A program made the translations under genes and the position numbers. From a virus: a stretch of 64,000 nucleotides of DNA. Of the stretch, positions 53,149 through 62,403 are shown one piece after another (position 1 is the stretch's first letter; each line of letters begins with the position of its first letter). Under the pieces are notes generated by a model that was not told the DNA's origin, did not search any database, and saw nothing but the letters and a program-made list of their open reading frames with translations. Location of the stretch: positions 13,745-77,744 of IMG/VR virus record IMGVR_UViG_3300012164_000002, one strand, 5' to 3'.

Positions 53149-54796
53149 CGAGCACCTGCGAGTCGATGTAGGTGCCCTTGATCTTCACGACGCCGCGCCA
53201 CTGGAGGAGCATGTCGGCGAACCGGCCTGCTCTCGTCGGGCTCTCCTTGAGGCGCTCGAGAGTCTTCTGGCTAGTCGAGGGCAATCCCGTATCGGTGGGG
53301 TCCGCCGCCGCCAAGGGGGCGCGAAGCGTCGTGAAGAGCGCGCGGCGCACTTCGGCCAATTGCATTGGATGGAAGTTCGGCCGCCGGAGGAGAACGCGCA
53401 TCTTCTCGAGCAGCCTCGCTTCCTTCTCCACCATCGCCGCACGGAGCACATCGCGCCGGTCGAGATCCACGCCGGAGCCTCGAATGATCATGTCGCGACA
53501 GAGGCGTGCGTTTTCCTTGTCGACCTCGTAGATCATCCGCTCGCTCTCGAGATCGGCTTGCATCCTGAGCCACACCAGCGCTTGGATGCGTGCGTCGGCC
53601 GCGTTGTAGAGGCAGAGCTCGGCGCCGCTGAGCTTTTCAGGCGGGAGGCCCTTTTCTGAAGCCCCGTCTTTGCCGCGCTTGAACGTGACCTTCCACGGGC
53701 CCGCGTCGACGAAGCAGCTTGCGACGTGCGAAAGCCTTTGCGGCATGTGGCTCGCGAACGTGTGGTGCGCGATGAGCGTGTCCTCGAGCTTGTCTTCCAT
53801 CTCGTCGAACGGGATCCCCGCGCGATCCATGCTGATCTGGTCGAAGTTGTAGCCGTTGTGCATTCCAACGATGCGCACGCGCTCGTGGAAGCGTCGGATG
53901 ATCGGGACGTGCACTTTCGGCCGCCAGGGCCAGATAACGACCGTGTGCTTGGCGTCGGAGATGCCGATGCACAGGATTCTGTTCCGGAGCGGGTTCGCAC
54001 CGTCCTGGCCGCCGGGAGTGCTCGGGCCCGTCTCGATGTCCTCGCTCACGACAGGCTTCAACTTGGCGAGCTCGTGGATGACGTCGTTCTTCTTCGTGAC
54101 GACGACGTAGGGCCCGTTGTCGACGAGCTTCTTGTGCGTGAGCTCTCCGCGTAGCCACCGAGCGATGCGGTCGAGGTCGATCTTCAACACCGGGAGCCAC
54201 GTGTCGGATCGCAAGATGAACGCCGGGTGGAGCGTCGGAAGCACCGTGCGCCCCGCAAGCCGACTTCGCCCGTCGACGATCTGCGCCTTCAACCAAAGCT
54301 CTTTCCACTTCGGCGCGGCCCGCTCTTTCGCCTTCTTCGCCGCTTTCCACGCCGGTATCGCGTCGATCTCGCGCGCCGTCCAAACGAAGCCGCGCGCGTG
54401 CATGATCGAGCGCACTCCGAGTACGGAGAGCGTAGACGTCTTGCCTAGCGTGACGATCGGGATCGACGGATCGAACTTCGCGAGATCTTTCAGGAGTCGA
54501 GGCGCGCAGCAGACTGCGGCCTCTTCGTTTTCCCGGTCGATGTTGCTCCTACAAAGCGCTGCATTCTGGAGGGCGGCCTCGCGGATATCTATGTCGACCT
54601 CTCGGCAAAGCCCGCGGAGGAAGGAACCGGTTTGGCCGACGAAGGGGATGCCTTGGATCTCCTCTTTGCGGCCGGGCGCTTCGCCGACGAACACTAGCTT
54701 CGTTGGGAGGCTCGAGGCTTTCGGCGGAACGACGGTGTTACCGCGCAACGGGCAGAGATCGCAGCGCGCGCCGAACTTCCGCGGATCGTAGCCCAT
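53141..54796 (-). CDS. UDG family-4-like domain plus 3'-5' exonuclease and thumb (N-terminal half of PolA)
   Basis: VGEAPG..E...PFVG, LHPAFILR; EDIET, HNGYNFD, YNAADA. Confidence 0.88.
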   Translation of the reverse strand: MGYDPRKFGARCDLCPLRGNTVVPPKASSLPTKLVFVGEAPGRKEEIQGIPFVGQTGSFLRGLCREVDIDIREAALQNAALCRSNIDRENEEAAVCCAPRLLKDLAKFDPSIPIVTLGKTSTLSVLGVRSIMHARGFVWTAREIDAIPAWKAAKKAKERAAPKWKELWLKAQIVDGRSRLAGRTVLPTLHPAFILRSDTWLPVLKIDLDRIARWLRGELTHKKLVDNGPYVVVTKKNDVIHELAKLKPVVSEDIETGPSTPGGQDGANPLRNRILCIGISDAKHTVVIWPWRPKVHVPIIRRFHERVRIVGMHNGYNFDQISMDRAGIPFDEMEDKLEDTLIAHHTFASHMPQRLSHVASCFVDAGPWKVTFKRGKDGASEKGLPPEKLSGAELCLYNAADARIQALVWLRMQADLESERMIYEVDKENARLCRDMIIRGSGVDLDRRDVLRAAMVEKEARLLEKMRVLLRRPNFHPMQLAEVRRALFTTLRAPLAAADPTDTGLPSTSQKTLERLKESPTRAGRFADMLLQWRGVVKIKGTYIDSQVLDV

Positions 54797-54802
54797 CCGA
54801 TC

Positions 54803-55030
54803 TCAAGCCTCGGGTAGCCCCGGGATGCGACCGCCCGCGAAGATCTTGAACGCCGTCACGATGAGCGGCGCCTGCACGTGCTCCGGGATCTCCAGTTCGA
54901 GCTCACGTGCGGCGCGTTGCAGCGCCGCTTCGAAGGTCATGTTGTCCTTCGAGAGGATGTCGACCATGCGCTCGAGAACCGGCGCGTACTTCCGCGCGTC
55001 CTCGAGAAGGTGAGCCCCCTCGGCGCTCAT
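54803..55030 (-). CDS. hypothetical protein
   Basis: 75-aa coupled ORF. Confidence 0.5.
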   Translation of the reverse strand: MSAEGAHLLEDARKYAPVLERMVDILSKDNMTFEAALQRAARELELEIPEHVQAPLIVTAFKIFAGGRIPGLPEA

Positions 55031-55416
55031 GCGCTTTTCCCTCGAGCGCTGGCGCCAAAGTCGGCGTCAGGCCCCGTCCCCGCCGGCGGGACGAACGCCT
55101 CGCAGTGGCATCCCGCTTCGCCGGCTTGGACGCCGCTGCGATCCAGGCAGGCCGCGTTGTGCATGTGCTTCGGGTGCCCGCAGTTGCAGCAAAGCCAAAC
55201 GGGGAGCGCTGCGTTCACCTTCTCGGTGCATGCCGCGCAGTAGTCCCGCGAGTTCTCTCTGTCGGCTTGGAAACCTTCACTGGTCTCGCGGTTCACTTGA
55301 ACCGTCGATGTGCTCCCTTCGCTATAGAGAATCGACCCGCCACAGCCGTCGCATCGACGCCGATGTTCTTGCGCGTTGATCGCGCCGCACGCCTTGCAGT
55401 GTCCTTCGTAGCTCAT
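55027..55416 (-). CDS. Cys-rich Zn-finger protein
   Basis: Multiple CxxC pairs. Confidence 0.55.
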   Translation of the reverse strand: MSYEGHCKACGAINAQEHRRRCDGCGGSILYSEGSTSTVQVNRETSEGFQADRENSRDYCAACTEKVNAALPVWLCCNCGHPKHMHNAACLDRSGVQAGEAGCHCEAFVPPAGTGPDADFGASARGKSA

Positions 55417-55579
55417 TCGACGAACTCCTCACACTTCTTGCAGCCCTTGCAGCCGTCTTCGCCGTGCTTCCCCCGTGTGCAGCCGCATCGCTCGCAGACG
55501 TCGCCGCTCGAGGATTCATCGCGCCCTCCGATCTCGGAGAGCTCATCGTCCTCGAGCAGCGAACGTCTACGAGGAACGC

Positions 55580-56215
55580 TCACCTGCGCTTGCTCCTGCC
55601 GTTCGCCTTGCTCGATGCCTTGCTGCGACCGCGGGGCTGCGCCTCCGACTCCGGCGCGCGGCTGGACGGCGGCGCGTCGTCATCGTCGTCGTCGCCCTTT
55701 GCCGCGAGAGGCCGCTTCGGATCCGTGAAGCGAACCTCCGACACGATCTCGCCGGTGTCCTTGCGCTCGTTCAAGATAGTCCAACCAGCGAACTTCTTGC
55801 CCTCGGCAGCCTTCACGAAGGGTTCGAGATCGTCGGACGACTCGATGACCTTCGGGATGATGTCGAGATCGATGTCGAGCGCTTCGCAGAACTGGCGAAT
55901 GCGGAGCTTGTTCAAGCGCTCGCCGCGGGGGTTCTTCCCGCCGAATACGAGGAACACGGAGAGATCCGTGCCGAGCGCCCGCTGGAACTCGTCGCCGTCC
56001 TCGTCAGTCTTGTCGAGCCGGATCGGCACGATGACCATCGGGAACTTGTCCTCCTTCGTCGGTTGGATCTTGCACTTGCCCCGTGGCACCGACATCTGCC
56101 ACTCGCCTTCGGGGGCGTCGGGGGCGATGTCGTTCGCGTCGAATTCGACGCGCTTGAACTCCATCTTCTTGTCCTGAGTACGTGCTGCGTTTGATGCCAT
56201 CTTTACTGTCTCCAT
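55580..56215 (-). CDS. putative ssDNA-binding/annealing protein
   Basis: OB-like beta pattern with acidic/disordered tail; located between the AAA and polymerase genes. Confidence 0.55.
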   Translation of the reverse strand: METVKMASNAARTQDKKMEFKRVEFDANDIAPDAPEGEWQMSVPRGKCKIQPTKEDKFPMVIVPIRLDKTDEDGDEFQRALGTDLSVFLVFGGKNPRGERLNKLRIRQFCEALDIDLDIIPKVIESSDDLEPFVKAAEGKKFAGWTILNERKDTGEIVSEVRFTDPKRPLAAKGDDDDDDAPPSSRAPESEAQPRGRSKASSKANGRSKRR

Positions 56216-56227
56216 TCTTTCTCTGCT

Positions 56228-56449
56228 TTAGGGTTTCGAACGTTCGACCAGGCTTTTGACCTGAGCGTCTAATTCGCGCACCGCCTCGACGAGGTTACGG
56301 AGCGCGCTTTTGCAAGCCGTGATGTGCCGCGCGGGCGCTTGCGTTAGCGCCGTTTGATCCAACAAGCGCTCTGCGCGGTCGCAGAGCTCTGCTATCGGCG
56401 TCTTCACTTCGACCGCGAGCGCCGGCTCTACTTCGAACACTTTGGCCAC
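56228..56449 (-). CDS. hypothetical protein
   Basis: 73 aa, RBS AGGAGG. Confidence 0.5.
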   Translation of the reverse strand: MAKVFEVEPALAVEVKTPIAELCDRAERLLDQTALTQAPARHITACKSALRNLVEAVRELDAQVKSLVERSKP

Positions 56450-56461
56450 TGACTTCCTCCT

Positions 56462-56683
56462 TTATCGGTCGAGCGCTTCTTCACGGTAGAACGCGAGGAG
56501 CTCTCCCATCGCCGCGTGCAGCGCCGCGAACTCCGCGCGATTGAGCTTCGCCTCGACGAGAGGGCCGCCATGCTGACACACGTCCAGCGTGAAGATGCCC
56601 TCGGCGGGGCGGGCACCGGCGAGCACGCTTCCGCCGCGTTGGAGTGTGAGATTCAACGCGCCCGGTGGCTGCGGCCTGCTCAT
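56462..56683 (-). CDS. hypothetical protein
   Basis: ATG overlaps the AAA gene stop. Confidence 0.45.
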   Translation of the reverse strand: MSRPQPPGALNLTLQRGGSVLAGARPAEGIFTLDVCQHGGPLVEAKLNRAEFAALHAAMGELLAFYREEALDR

Positions 56684-57441
56684 CTGCGATCCCCCCGGTC
56701 CTTCTTGTCGGGCTTCGTCTTCCACCCTCTCTTGAACTCTTCGTGGAGGGCGCCGACGTCGGCCTCGATCTCGAACGTGCCGTCGACGTCGAGACAGCTC
56801 GGGCCGTAGACGCCTACCGGGTTGATGTAGAAGCTCCGCTTCGCCGGATCCTTCGAGTGCGGCGCCATGAACACGGTGTTGGAGAACATGGCGGGGATCG
56901 TCTTTCGTGCCGCTCCTCCGAGCAGGGGCGCGATGCCGTGTCCCGCCTTCTCAGTTTGGCCTTCGATCAAACCGCCAGTCTCGATGTAATGCATGACGCA
57001 ATAGAAGTGCGCTTTTAGGTCGAAGCAACGCGCGCAGATGTTCTGGAGGCGCTTTCGGTACTCGCGCCAGAAACGCCGCCCGTCCGCTTCGCCCTTCGCG
57101 TTACGTGTTTGATCCTCGAGCGCTTCCTCCAACCAATCAGCGTAGAGGTTCATGTCGTCGACGACGACCCACTTGTACTTGCCCTCTTTGCACCCCACCC
57201 GCGCAACTTTCAGCGCGTCCTCCATCTGACGCTCGTCACGAATGAGATCCCACTCGAAGCGCTTGTTCTTACGAGAGGCGGCGAGGAGACCTGTCTTCTT
57301 GCCGCAGTTGATGACGTAGCCGGGACCGAATGCCGCCGCGGCGCTCGCCACGATGCTCGTCGACTTACCTATGTGCGGATCACCTAGAATCAAGACGCGG
57401 TCATACGACTCGCGCTCTAGCGCGGACGCTTCCTGCGGCAT
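56680..57441 (-). CDS. phage AAA_24-type NTP-binding protein (Sak4-like)
   Basis: GDPHIGKST Walker A, VVVDD Walker B; RBS AAGGAG. Confidence 0.75.
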   Translation of the reverse strand: MPQEASALERESYDRVLILGDPHIGKSTSIVASAAAAFGPGYVINCGKKTGLLAASRKNKRFEWDLIRDERQMEDALKVARVGCKEGKYKWVVVDDMNLYADWLEEALEDQTRNAKGEADGRRFWREYRKRLQNICARCFDLKAHFYCVMHYIETGGLIEGQTEKAGHGIAPLLGGAARKTIPAMFSNTVFMAPHSKDPAKRSFYINPVGVYGPSCLDVDGTFEIEADVGALHEEFKRGWKTKPDKKDRGDRR

Positions 57442-57519
57442 GTTGTCGGACTCCTTGTTTCCCCTGCCCGCCGTCGCCTTCGAGCGGCGACTCTTCGACG
57501 TTGGGCTTGAGGGATCACC

Positions 57520-57548
57520 GTTCTATCGAATCTCGGCGCCGTGTGCAA
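57520..57548 (-). promoter_or_regulatory. sigma70-like promoter of the replication operon
   Basis: Minus-strand TTGCAC-17 nt-TAGAAC, upstream of the AAA gene. Confidence 0.5.
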
Positions 57549-57570
57549 ACAAAAACGATACACGCGAGAT

Positions 57571-57610
57571 AAAAAAGAGCCCGCTACCCCCGTCGAAAAG
57601 GGTAGCGGGC
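57571..57610 (-). terminator. intrinsic terminator
   Basis: Perfect 11-bp stem GCCCGCTACCC/GGGTAGCGGGC followed by TCTTTTTT on the minus strand. Confidence 0.8.
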
Positions 57611-57880
57611 GTGAGAGCAGAGAAAGGAGATCCGCTCGGAGCATCAACATAGTGATCTCCAGTCTGATTGTCAAAACGCACGTGCAGCCTCGCCGCCTCT
57701 CCCGCGAGCCGCCAACGAACCGAGCGCCGGTTTTTGCTAGCGGGAGAGAGGAGCGAGCCGTCGACTGCACTCGACTTTTCCGCTCCTTGATCGGCGAATA
57801 CTCGGATATCCGGCATCCGCGGCGCCCGGTCCGCGTGGGAGTCCTACCCACACTTGGGCGCAACCGACCTGCGGCAGAAT
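57571..57880 (-). ncRNA. candidate structured non-coding RNA
   Basis: About 300 nt without a convincing ORF; several long stems; ends in the terminator. Confidence 0.35.
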
Positions 57881-57882
57881 CC

Positions 57883-58200
57883 TTATTCTCTGACTTCTTC
57901 GGCTTCGATCTCCCAGTGCGGTTGGCGGACGTCGACGAGACGCACGCGCTCCTCGGGTTGATCGGCGTAGCCGTCGATCTGCTCGAGGCGCAGGTTGTTA
58001 ATTACGGTGTTGTACGCGATGTGCTCGACGAACTCTTCGTCGCGCTTGAAGGGCATCATCTGCTCGCGCCACTCGTCGGTGTTGCAGCTCTTCAAGAGCT
58101 CGTCGGCGACTTCAAGCTCGATCTCGCCTTCGAAGCGGACTCGAAACTTCCGCATCGTCGGCGCAGGCGATGACTTCTTCGCAGCGCGCGTGCGGCTCAT
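57883..58200 (-). CDS. hypothetical protein
   Basis: 105 aa; coupled. Confidence 0.55.
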   Translation of the reverse strand: MSRTRAAKKSSPAPTMRKFRVRFEGEIELEVADELLKSCNTDEWREQMMPFKRDEEFVEHIAYNTVINNLRLEQIDGYADQPEERVRLVDVRQPHWEIEAEEVRE

Positions 58201-59012
58201 CGTGGCCGTCCGCTTCCCGCGAACTTCTCTTGCGCCTCGATCGCGAGATCAAGGCATTCGAGCACGTCGAGGCCGAGATCATCAACCCAACGGATCGTCG
58301 AGAAGATGACATTGCCGAGCTCTTTCTTGAGCTCTCGTCTCCAACGCTCATGGTCGACACTGCTAGGGCCGCCACTGTAGACGTCTCTGGTTAGCCGTGC
58401 GAGGTCGCCGACACCTACCATGAGCCTGACGACGACGTCGGGAAGGTTGAACTTGTCGTTGCCCCAGATCTGCCGCGCCTGCATGAGCAGCACGGCCGTT
58501 CCGTCGCGCACTTGGGTTCGTAGGCCCTCATGCTTCCGGATGTCGGCTTCCATTGAGTAGTTGGGGTCCATTGTTCTTCTTCCTTGTTCCGGGTTGTGGA
58601 TGGCGAATCGAGCGCGCAAGTGCTTTCGAGAGAAGTTGCGGAACGCGCGATCGTTCTCGCGGCACGCATCGTCTAGCGTGTCGATGTTGTCGAGAAGGGC
58701 CCACAGTGAATCTCGCTGCTCCTCTACCGTTATTGGCCTATCCCTTTCGTCGGTCACGCCGCAGTGCATACAGCACCGAACTCCGGTCTCGTCTGCTTCC
58801 CAGCAGTGGTTGAGGCAAGCTTGTCCGACGAGTACGTGGCGAGCGGTTCCTTGCGCTAGCTCGTCGGTTCGAATGAACGATTCCAGCTCGGCGCGTCGCT
58901 TACCGGACTCGTACAGCCGCTCGCAGAAAGCCTCTTCGGGCGAAAGACGTGTAAGCGCCCCTTCGTGTTTTCGGATGTCGGCCTCGTCGGGGGGCCCGTT
59001 GCGCCCGCTCAT
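58197..59012 (-). CDS. fusion ORF with degenerate MazG-like C-terminal domain
   Basis: RLMVGVGDLA..KKELGNVI..LGLD MazG-like pattern; internal RBS plus ATG at 58571. Confidence 0.55.
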   Translation of the reverse strand: MSGRNGPPDEADIRKHEGALTRLSPEEAFCERLYESGKRRAELESFIRTDELAQGTARHVLVGQACLNHCWEADETGVRCCMHCGVTDERDRPITVEEQRDSLWALLDNIDTLDDACRENDRAFRNFSRKHLRARFAIHNPEQGRRTMDPNYSMEADIRKHEGLRTQVRDGTAVLLMQARQIWGNDKFNLPDVVVRLMVGVGDLARLTRDVYSGGPSSVDHERWRRELKKELGNVIFSTIRWVDDLGLDVLECLDLAIEAQEKFAGSGRPR

Positions 59013-59251
59013 TCCCAGTAGGTTCCGAGGAGCGCGTTGGTCGCCGGGAAACGCTCGACGAGTCTCGCCGGGACTTGTCCGTCGTCGCCGCCGCAAACGA
59101 GCTGGCAGCACTCGGCCTCGTTCGGCATGTCACCCTCGCGGGCCTCCAAGTCTTCATGGAGGGCGTCGACGAGCTTGTCGATGTCGATCTCGATCATCGA
59201 GTCGCAGTACGCCCAAGCTGCGATCGACTTCGCTACTTCCTTCGAATTCAT
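59009..59251 (-). CDS. hypothetical protein
   Basis: Coupled at both ends. Confidence 0.5.
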   Translation of the reverse strand: MNSKEVAKSIAAWAYCDSMIEIDIDKLVDALHEDLEAREGDMPNEAECCQLVCGGDDGQVPARLVERFPATNALLGTYWE

Positions 59252-59742
59252 GATCTCGCGCCCCTTTCGTACTCGATAGCTTCTTGGACCGATCGCACGT
59301 CGAGACCGACGTCTCTCAAGAGATTGATGCCGCTCGGGTCGCGGTACGCCTCGCTGTACACGATCTTGGAGATGCCGGCGTTGATGACGAGCTTCGCGCA
59401 CATTCGGCACGGCGAGTGCGTGATGTACATATGCTTCTTGCCGGCGTAGTTGTAGTCGAGCTTGATGAGCGCGTTCACCTCGGCGTGGATGAACCCGCTC
59501 TGTCCCGGCTCGGTCGACTCGTGCTCGTGCGGGCCGCCGGCGTAGTTACCGTTGTAACCGCCGGCTAGCATCTGCGTGTTGCCGCTCGAGACGACGATCG
59601 CGCCGACTTTGAGCCGCGGGTCGACGGAGCGTTGTGCGATCACGTAGGCGATCGACATCCACGTCTCGGCCCACGTCGGCCGAATGTGCTCGATGCCTGG
59701 CTTGGTCACGAGCACGCCGCCGTGGAATATCTCCGGCCTCAC
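59248..59742 (-). CDS. dCMP deaminase
   Basis: KVGAIVV, GYNG, HAEVNAL, SPCRMC. Confidence 0.9.
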   Translation of the reverse strand: MRPEIFHGGVLVTKPGIEHIRPTWAETWMSIAYVIAQRSVDPRLKVGAIVVSSGNTQMLAGGYNGNYAGGPHEHESTEPGQSGFIHAEVNALIKLDYNYAGKKHMYITHSPCRMCAKLVINAGISKIVYSEAYRDPSGINLLRDVGLDVRSVQEAIEYERGARS

Positions 59743-60209
59743 GGGTTCGCCTCAAAGCCCGGAGGCGGCGGCGATGGTGTCGTCTTGTCGGATGCGCGCT
59801 TGTTGGCCTCTTCTGCCGCGTTCAACAGGTCGAGCTCTTCGAGGATCTTGAGCGTCACCGGGCGGCCGTTGAACCACTCGAGATCGTCCGTCGGGAGCTC
59901 GAGGCCGAGGTACGTGAAGTCGATGATAACCTTCGCCGCCCCTGCCTCACGAAGCATACCCCTCGATACGCGCGGCCCGCAAAGGACCATCACGTCGCAG
60001 CGACGAACGAGCTCGCAATCCGCTCTGAGCCCGAGCTCGCGGTTCTCGGGCGTCTCCTCGAGCATGCTCGTGCAGACGATCCATGAACACTCGACGGAAA
60101 AGCCGCGCTTCCAAAGCCACGCGGCCCAGTGGGCGGCTTTCTCCCGGTTCTCGTCCATGCCCTCGCGCGTGGGCGCGGAAAGTTGGTGTGCAAGATAGAC
60201 GGCGATCAT
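59739..60209 (-). CDS. nucleoside 2-deoxyribosyltransferase-like (DUF4406/Rcl-like) protein
   Basis: VYLAH.L..., D.ELVRRCD.MV...SRG...E. Confidence 0.6.
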   Translation of the reverse strand: MIAVYLAHQLSAPTREGMDENREKAAHWAAWLWKRGFSVECSWIVCTSMLEETPENRELGLRADCELVRRCDVMVLCGPRVSRGMLREAGAAKVIIDFTYLGLELPTDDLEWFNGRPVTLKILEELDLLNAAEEANKRASDKTTPSPPPPGFEANP

Positions 60210-60646
60210 TGGGTTGTTTCTCCTTCTTCACGGTCGGTTGCGGTCGGGTTGAGGATCTCGCGCTCGAGTAGAGCGCCGGCTTCGGTGAGCTCGCCGCGGA
60301 GTAGGCACTCCAAGAATTCGGCGAGCACAGTGTTGAATCCCTCTGCGACGATGACTTGCCGTGCGAGCGACCGCCACACCACGTCGGTCTTTGGCCGCGG
60401 ATCGTCGTCGAGCTCGAAGAACTCTCGTCGCCGCGCCTCGGCCTCGACGTGCTCTTGCGCTTCCCGCAGCACGGCGTAGGCGAGCTTCTGTTGAACGGTG
60501 CCGTGGGGGAAGTCGGCCGAGTCCGGTTCGACGTAGCGCCCCCAGATGATCTCCACGGCGTTCGCCAAGTGGTAGGGCAGATGCTCGATGAGGTGTAGGA
60601 GCTCGACGCCGCTCTCCGCGTGCGTCTGAACTCTAACGAGCGGCAT
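60206..60646 (-). CDS. hypothetical protein
   Basis: HLPYHLANAVEIIWG...; coupled. Confidence 0.5.
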   Translation of the reverse strand: MPLVRVQTHAESGVELLHLIEHLPYHLANAVEIIWGRYVEPDSADFPHGTVQQKLAYAVLREAQEHVEAEARRREFFELDDDPRPKTDVVWRSLARQVIVAEGFNTVLAEFLECLLRGELTEAGALLEREILNPTATDREEGETTQ

Positions 60647-60854
60647 CCGACTTCCCATTCTTGCCGTAAGGCGGCCTGTACCCCTTGACCGTCCCGAGAA
60701 ACTTCTTCATCTCCTCCACGGAGATCTCGCCGCCGTCCAGCGCGTCCGGGTCATAGGGCTCGCTCGTCTCGACGACGCGAAGCGTTCCGTAGTTGTCGCC
60801 GGCGATGATGACGGTCTCCTCTTGCTCTTCGACTTCCAGTTCGGGTTCGTTCAC
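60633..60854 (-). CDS. acidic hypothetical protein
   Basis: GTG after AAAGGA. Confidence 0.45.
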   Translation of the reverse strand: MNEPELEVEEQEETVIIAGDNYGTLRVVETSEPYDPDALDGGEISVEEMKKFLGTVKGYRPPYGKNGKSDAAR

Positions 60855-61321
60855 TTGGGTTTCCTTTCGACGGGTGTGAGATCTCTTTCGAGCTCTTCGA
60901 GCTTGGCGCACACCCGGTGCACCTCGGCGATGGCGTCCTCTACGCTGCCTTGACCACCGTCTCGATTCACGATCGCTTGCAGGTTCCGGAGCTCTTGGAA
61001 TGCTCGTTCATTGAGTCGAATCGACGCGAGGTGCATCGAGCGGAAGTTGTCGTAGGCCTCGGCGCGGCCCTCGACCGCGTTGTCGATCCGCAGCGCGATG
61101 CGATTCAACATGTCGTCCCAACCGCGGCGCTCGGCGGCCAGGTGCCCTAGAGCGATGAGCACCACCTGGCGCTCCTCTTCGCTGAGCGGGAGCGCGTGAG
61201 CCGACGTCGCCGCTACCAAGCCGAGGGCGGAGCTAAGCAGGTGGCCGCAGTGGAGGCAGTTCTCTTGATCGGTCTGCACAGCGCGCGTGCAAGCCGGGCA
61301 CGAGTAGACGGTCATCGCCAC
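60851..61321 (-). CDS. Zn-ribbon protein
   Basis: CPAC..CLHC. Confidence 0.55.
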   Translation of the reverse strand: MAMTVYSCPACTRAVQTDQENCLHCGHLLSSALGLVAATSAHALPLSEEERQVVLIALGHLAAERRGWDDMLNRIALRIDNAVEGRAEAYDNFRSMHLASIRLNERAFQELRNLQAIVNRDGGQGSVEDAIAEVHRVCAKLEELERDLTPVERKPK

Positions 61322-61620
61322 GCCCTTTGAACCCGCGCGTCCAGCGGCTCGTAGAGGTCGTGGAACAAGTCGGGTTTGACGACGCTCTGAACGCCGTATT
61401 CAGAGTCGACGATCCAGTCGCCGGCGACTACGATGCGGATACCGTCGAAGGTATCCAAGATGCCGTAGTCCGCCGGATCGACGCCCGGGACGAGCGCATC
61501 CATGAGCGCGTCCCGGACGCGAGAGTCGGGGTCGTCGAAGGCCTGCACGCCTTTCACTGACTTCCCAGGAAACCACTGCTCGGCTTCAACCACGATCGGT
61601 TTTTTCCGGTACTTCGCCAT
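61312..61620 (-). CDS. conserved phage protein (YRKKP family)
   Basis: MAKYRKKPIVVEAEQW..GDWI..VKPDLF..Y. Confidence 0.7.
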   Translation of the reverse strand: MAKYRKKPIVVEAEQWFPGKSVKGVQAFDDPDSRVRDALMDALVPGVDPADYGILDTFDGIRIVVAGDWIVDSEYGVQSVVKPDLFHDLYEPLDARVQRAWR

Positions 61621-61623
61621 CGA

Positions 61624-62403
61624 CTATTGAAGCAAGCCGTCGCGGTCCGGAATCGATCGGACGTGGCGCTCGAGGCCGGGGAGCGACACGTGCGTGTAGA
61701 GCGCGAGGAGCTCTTCCGCCGCCGGTACCTCCCAGTCGTGAACGCAGAGGGCCATGCGCTCGTCCATGTCGTAGAGTGACCGGTAGCTTGCGCTCTCGAG
61801 AGCATGCCTCGAGTTCCGGGAGCTCAAGAGGTATCGATGGCCAGTGTCGGCGCCGACCGCGACGAACTGCTGCCGGCGTTCGAAGTCCTCGATCTGCTCG
61901 GGCGTGAGGAACGCCTTCAAGACGCGCGTCGCTCTGACTTCGACATCGTCGAAGTTCGGAGCCGGGCAGCCGAGAACGGGCTGGGCCACTGTAACGGCCG
62001 CTACCGGCGCGGGCGCCTTCGACTCCTTCGGCGCCGAGGCGTCGATTGTCTTCAGAGTCGCTTCCGTGATCTGCTCAATCTTGCCGCTCGTGAAACGGAC
62101 CGCCGAGATCTGCTTGCGGTGCGGCTTGAGCTTCTTCTGCAAGAAGTCCTGGACCTTCGTAATCGGCGCGTCGAGGTCGACCGTCTGCTCCTTCGAGGCG
62201 CTCAGGTCGATCCCCTCGAGCTTGCTCGGCAGGGCCCACAACGCCTGGAGCGCCGTCGGGCGCGACGCCCGCGTGAAGAGGGCCCGGACCGCCTCCTGCT
62301 CCGTCGGCGAAAGGCCCACGAGCGTCACCCGCGTCGATTCGTTCGAGATCTTGTCCAACTTGATGTCGCCGTACATTGACGGCAGGAACCATTGAAAAGC
62401 CAT
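61624..62403 (-). CDS. hypothetical phage protein
   Basis: RBS AAGGAG; LTPEQ..F..G..TG.RY..LCVH C-terminal domain. Confidence 0.65.
   Translation of the reverse strand: MAFQWFLPSMYGDIKLDKISNESTRVTLVGLSPTEQEAVRALFTRASRPTALQALWALPSKLEGIDLSASKEQTVDLDAPITKVQDFLQKKLKPHRKQISAVRFTSGKIEQITEATLKTIDASAPKESKAPAPVAAVTVAQPVLGCPAPNFDDVEVRATRVLKAFLTPEQIEDFERRQQFVAVGADTGHRYLLSSRNSRHALESASYRSLYDMDERMALCVHDWEVPAAEELLALYTHVSLPGLERHVRSIPDRDGLLQ

Noticed and set aside
53100-53200. Intein or group I intron at the polymerase split
   Set aside because: No Cys/Ser start or His-Asn end, no homing endonuclease, and too little intervening sequence.
57771-57786. GAGCGGAAAAGTC (minus strand) resembling the RNase P GAGGAAAGUCC motif
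   Set aside because: The match is partial and the complementary 3' P4 strand is not found. No tmRNA or tRNA-like ends either.
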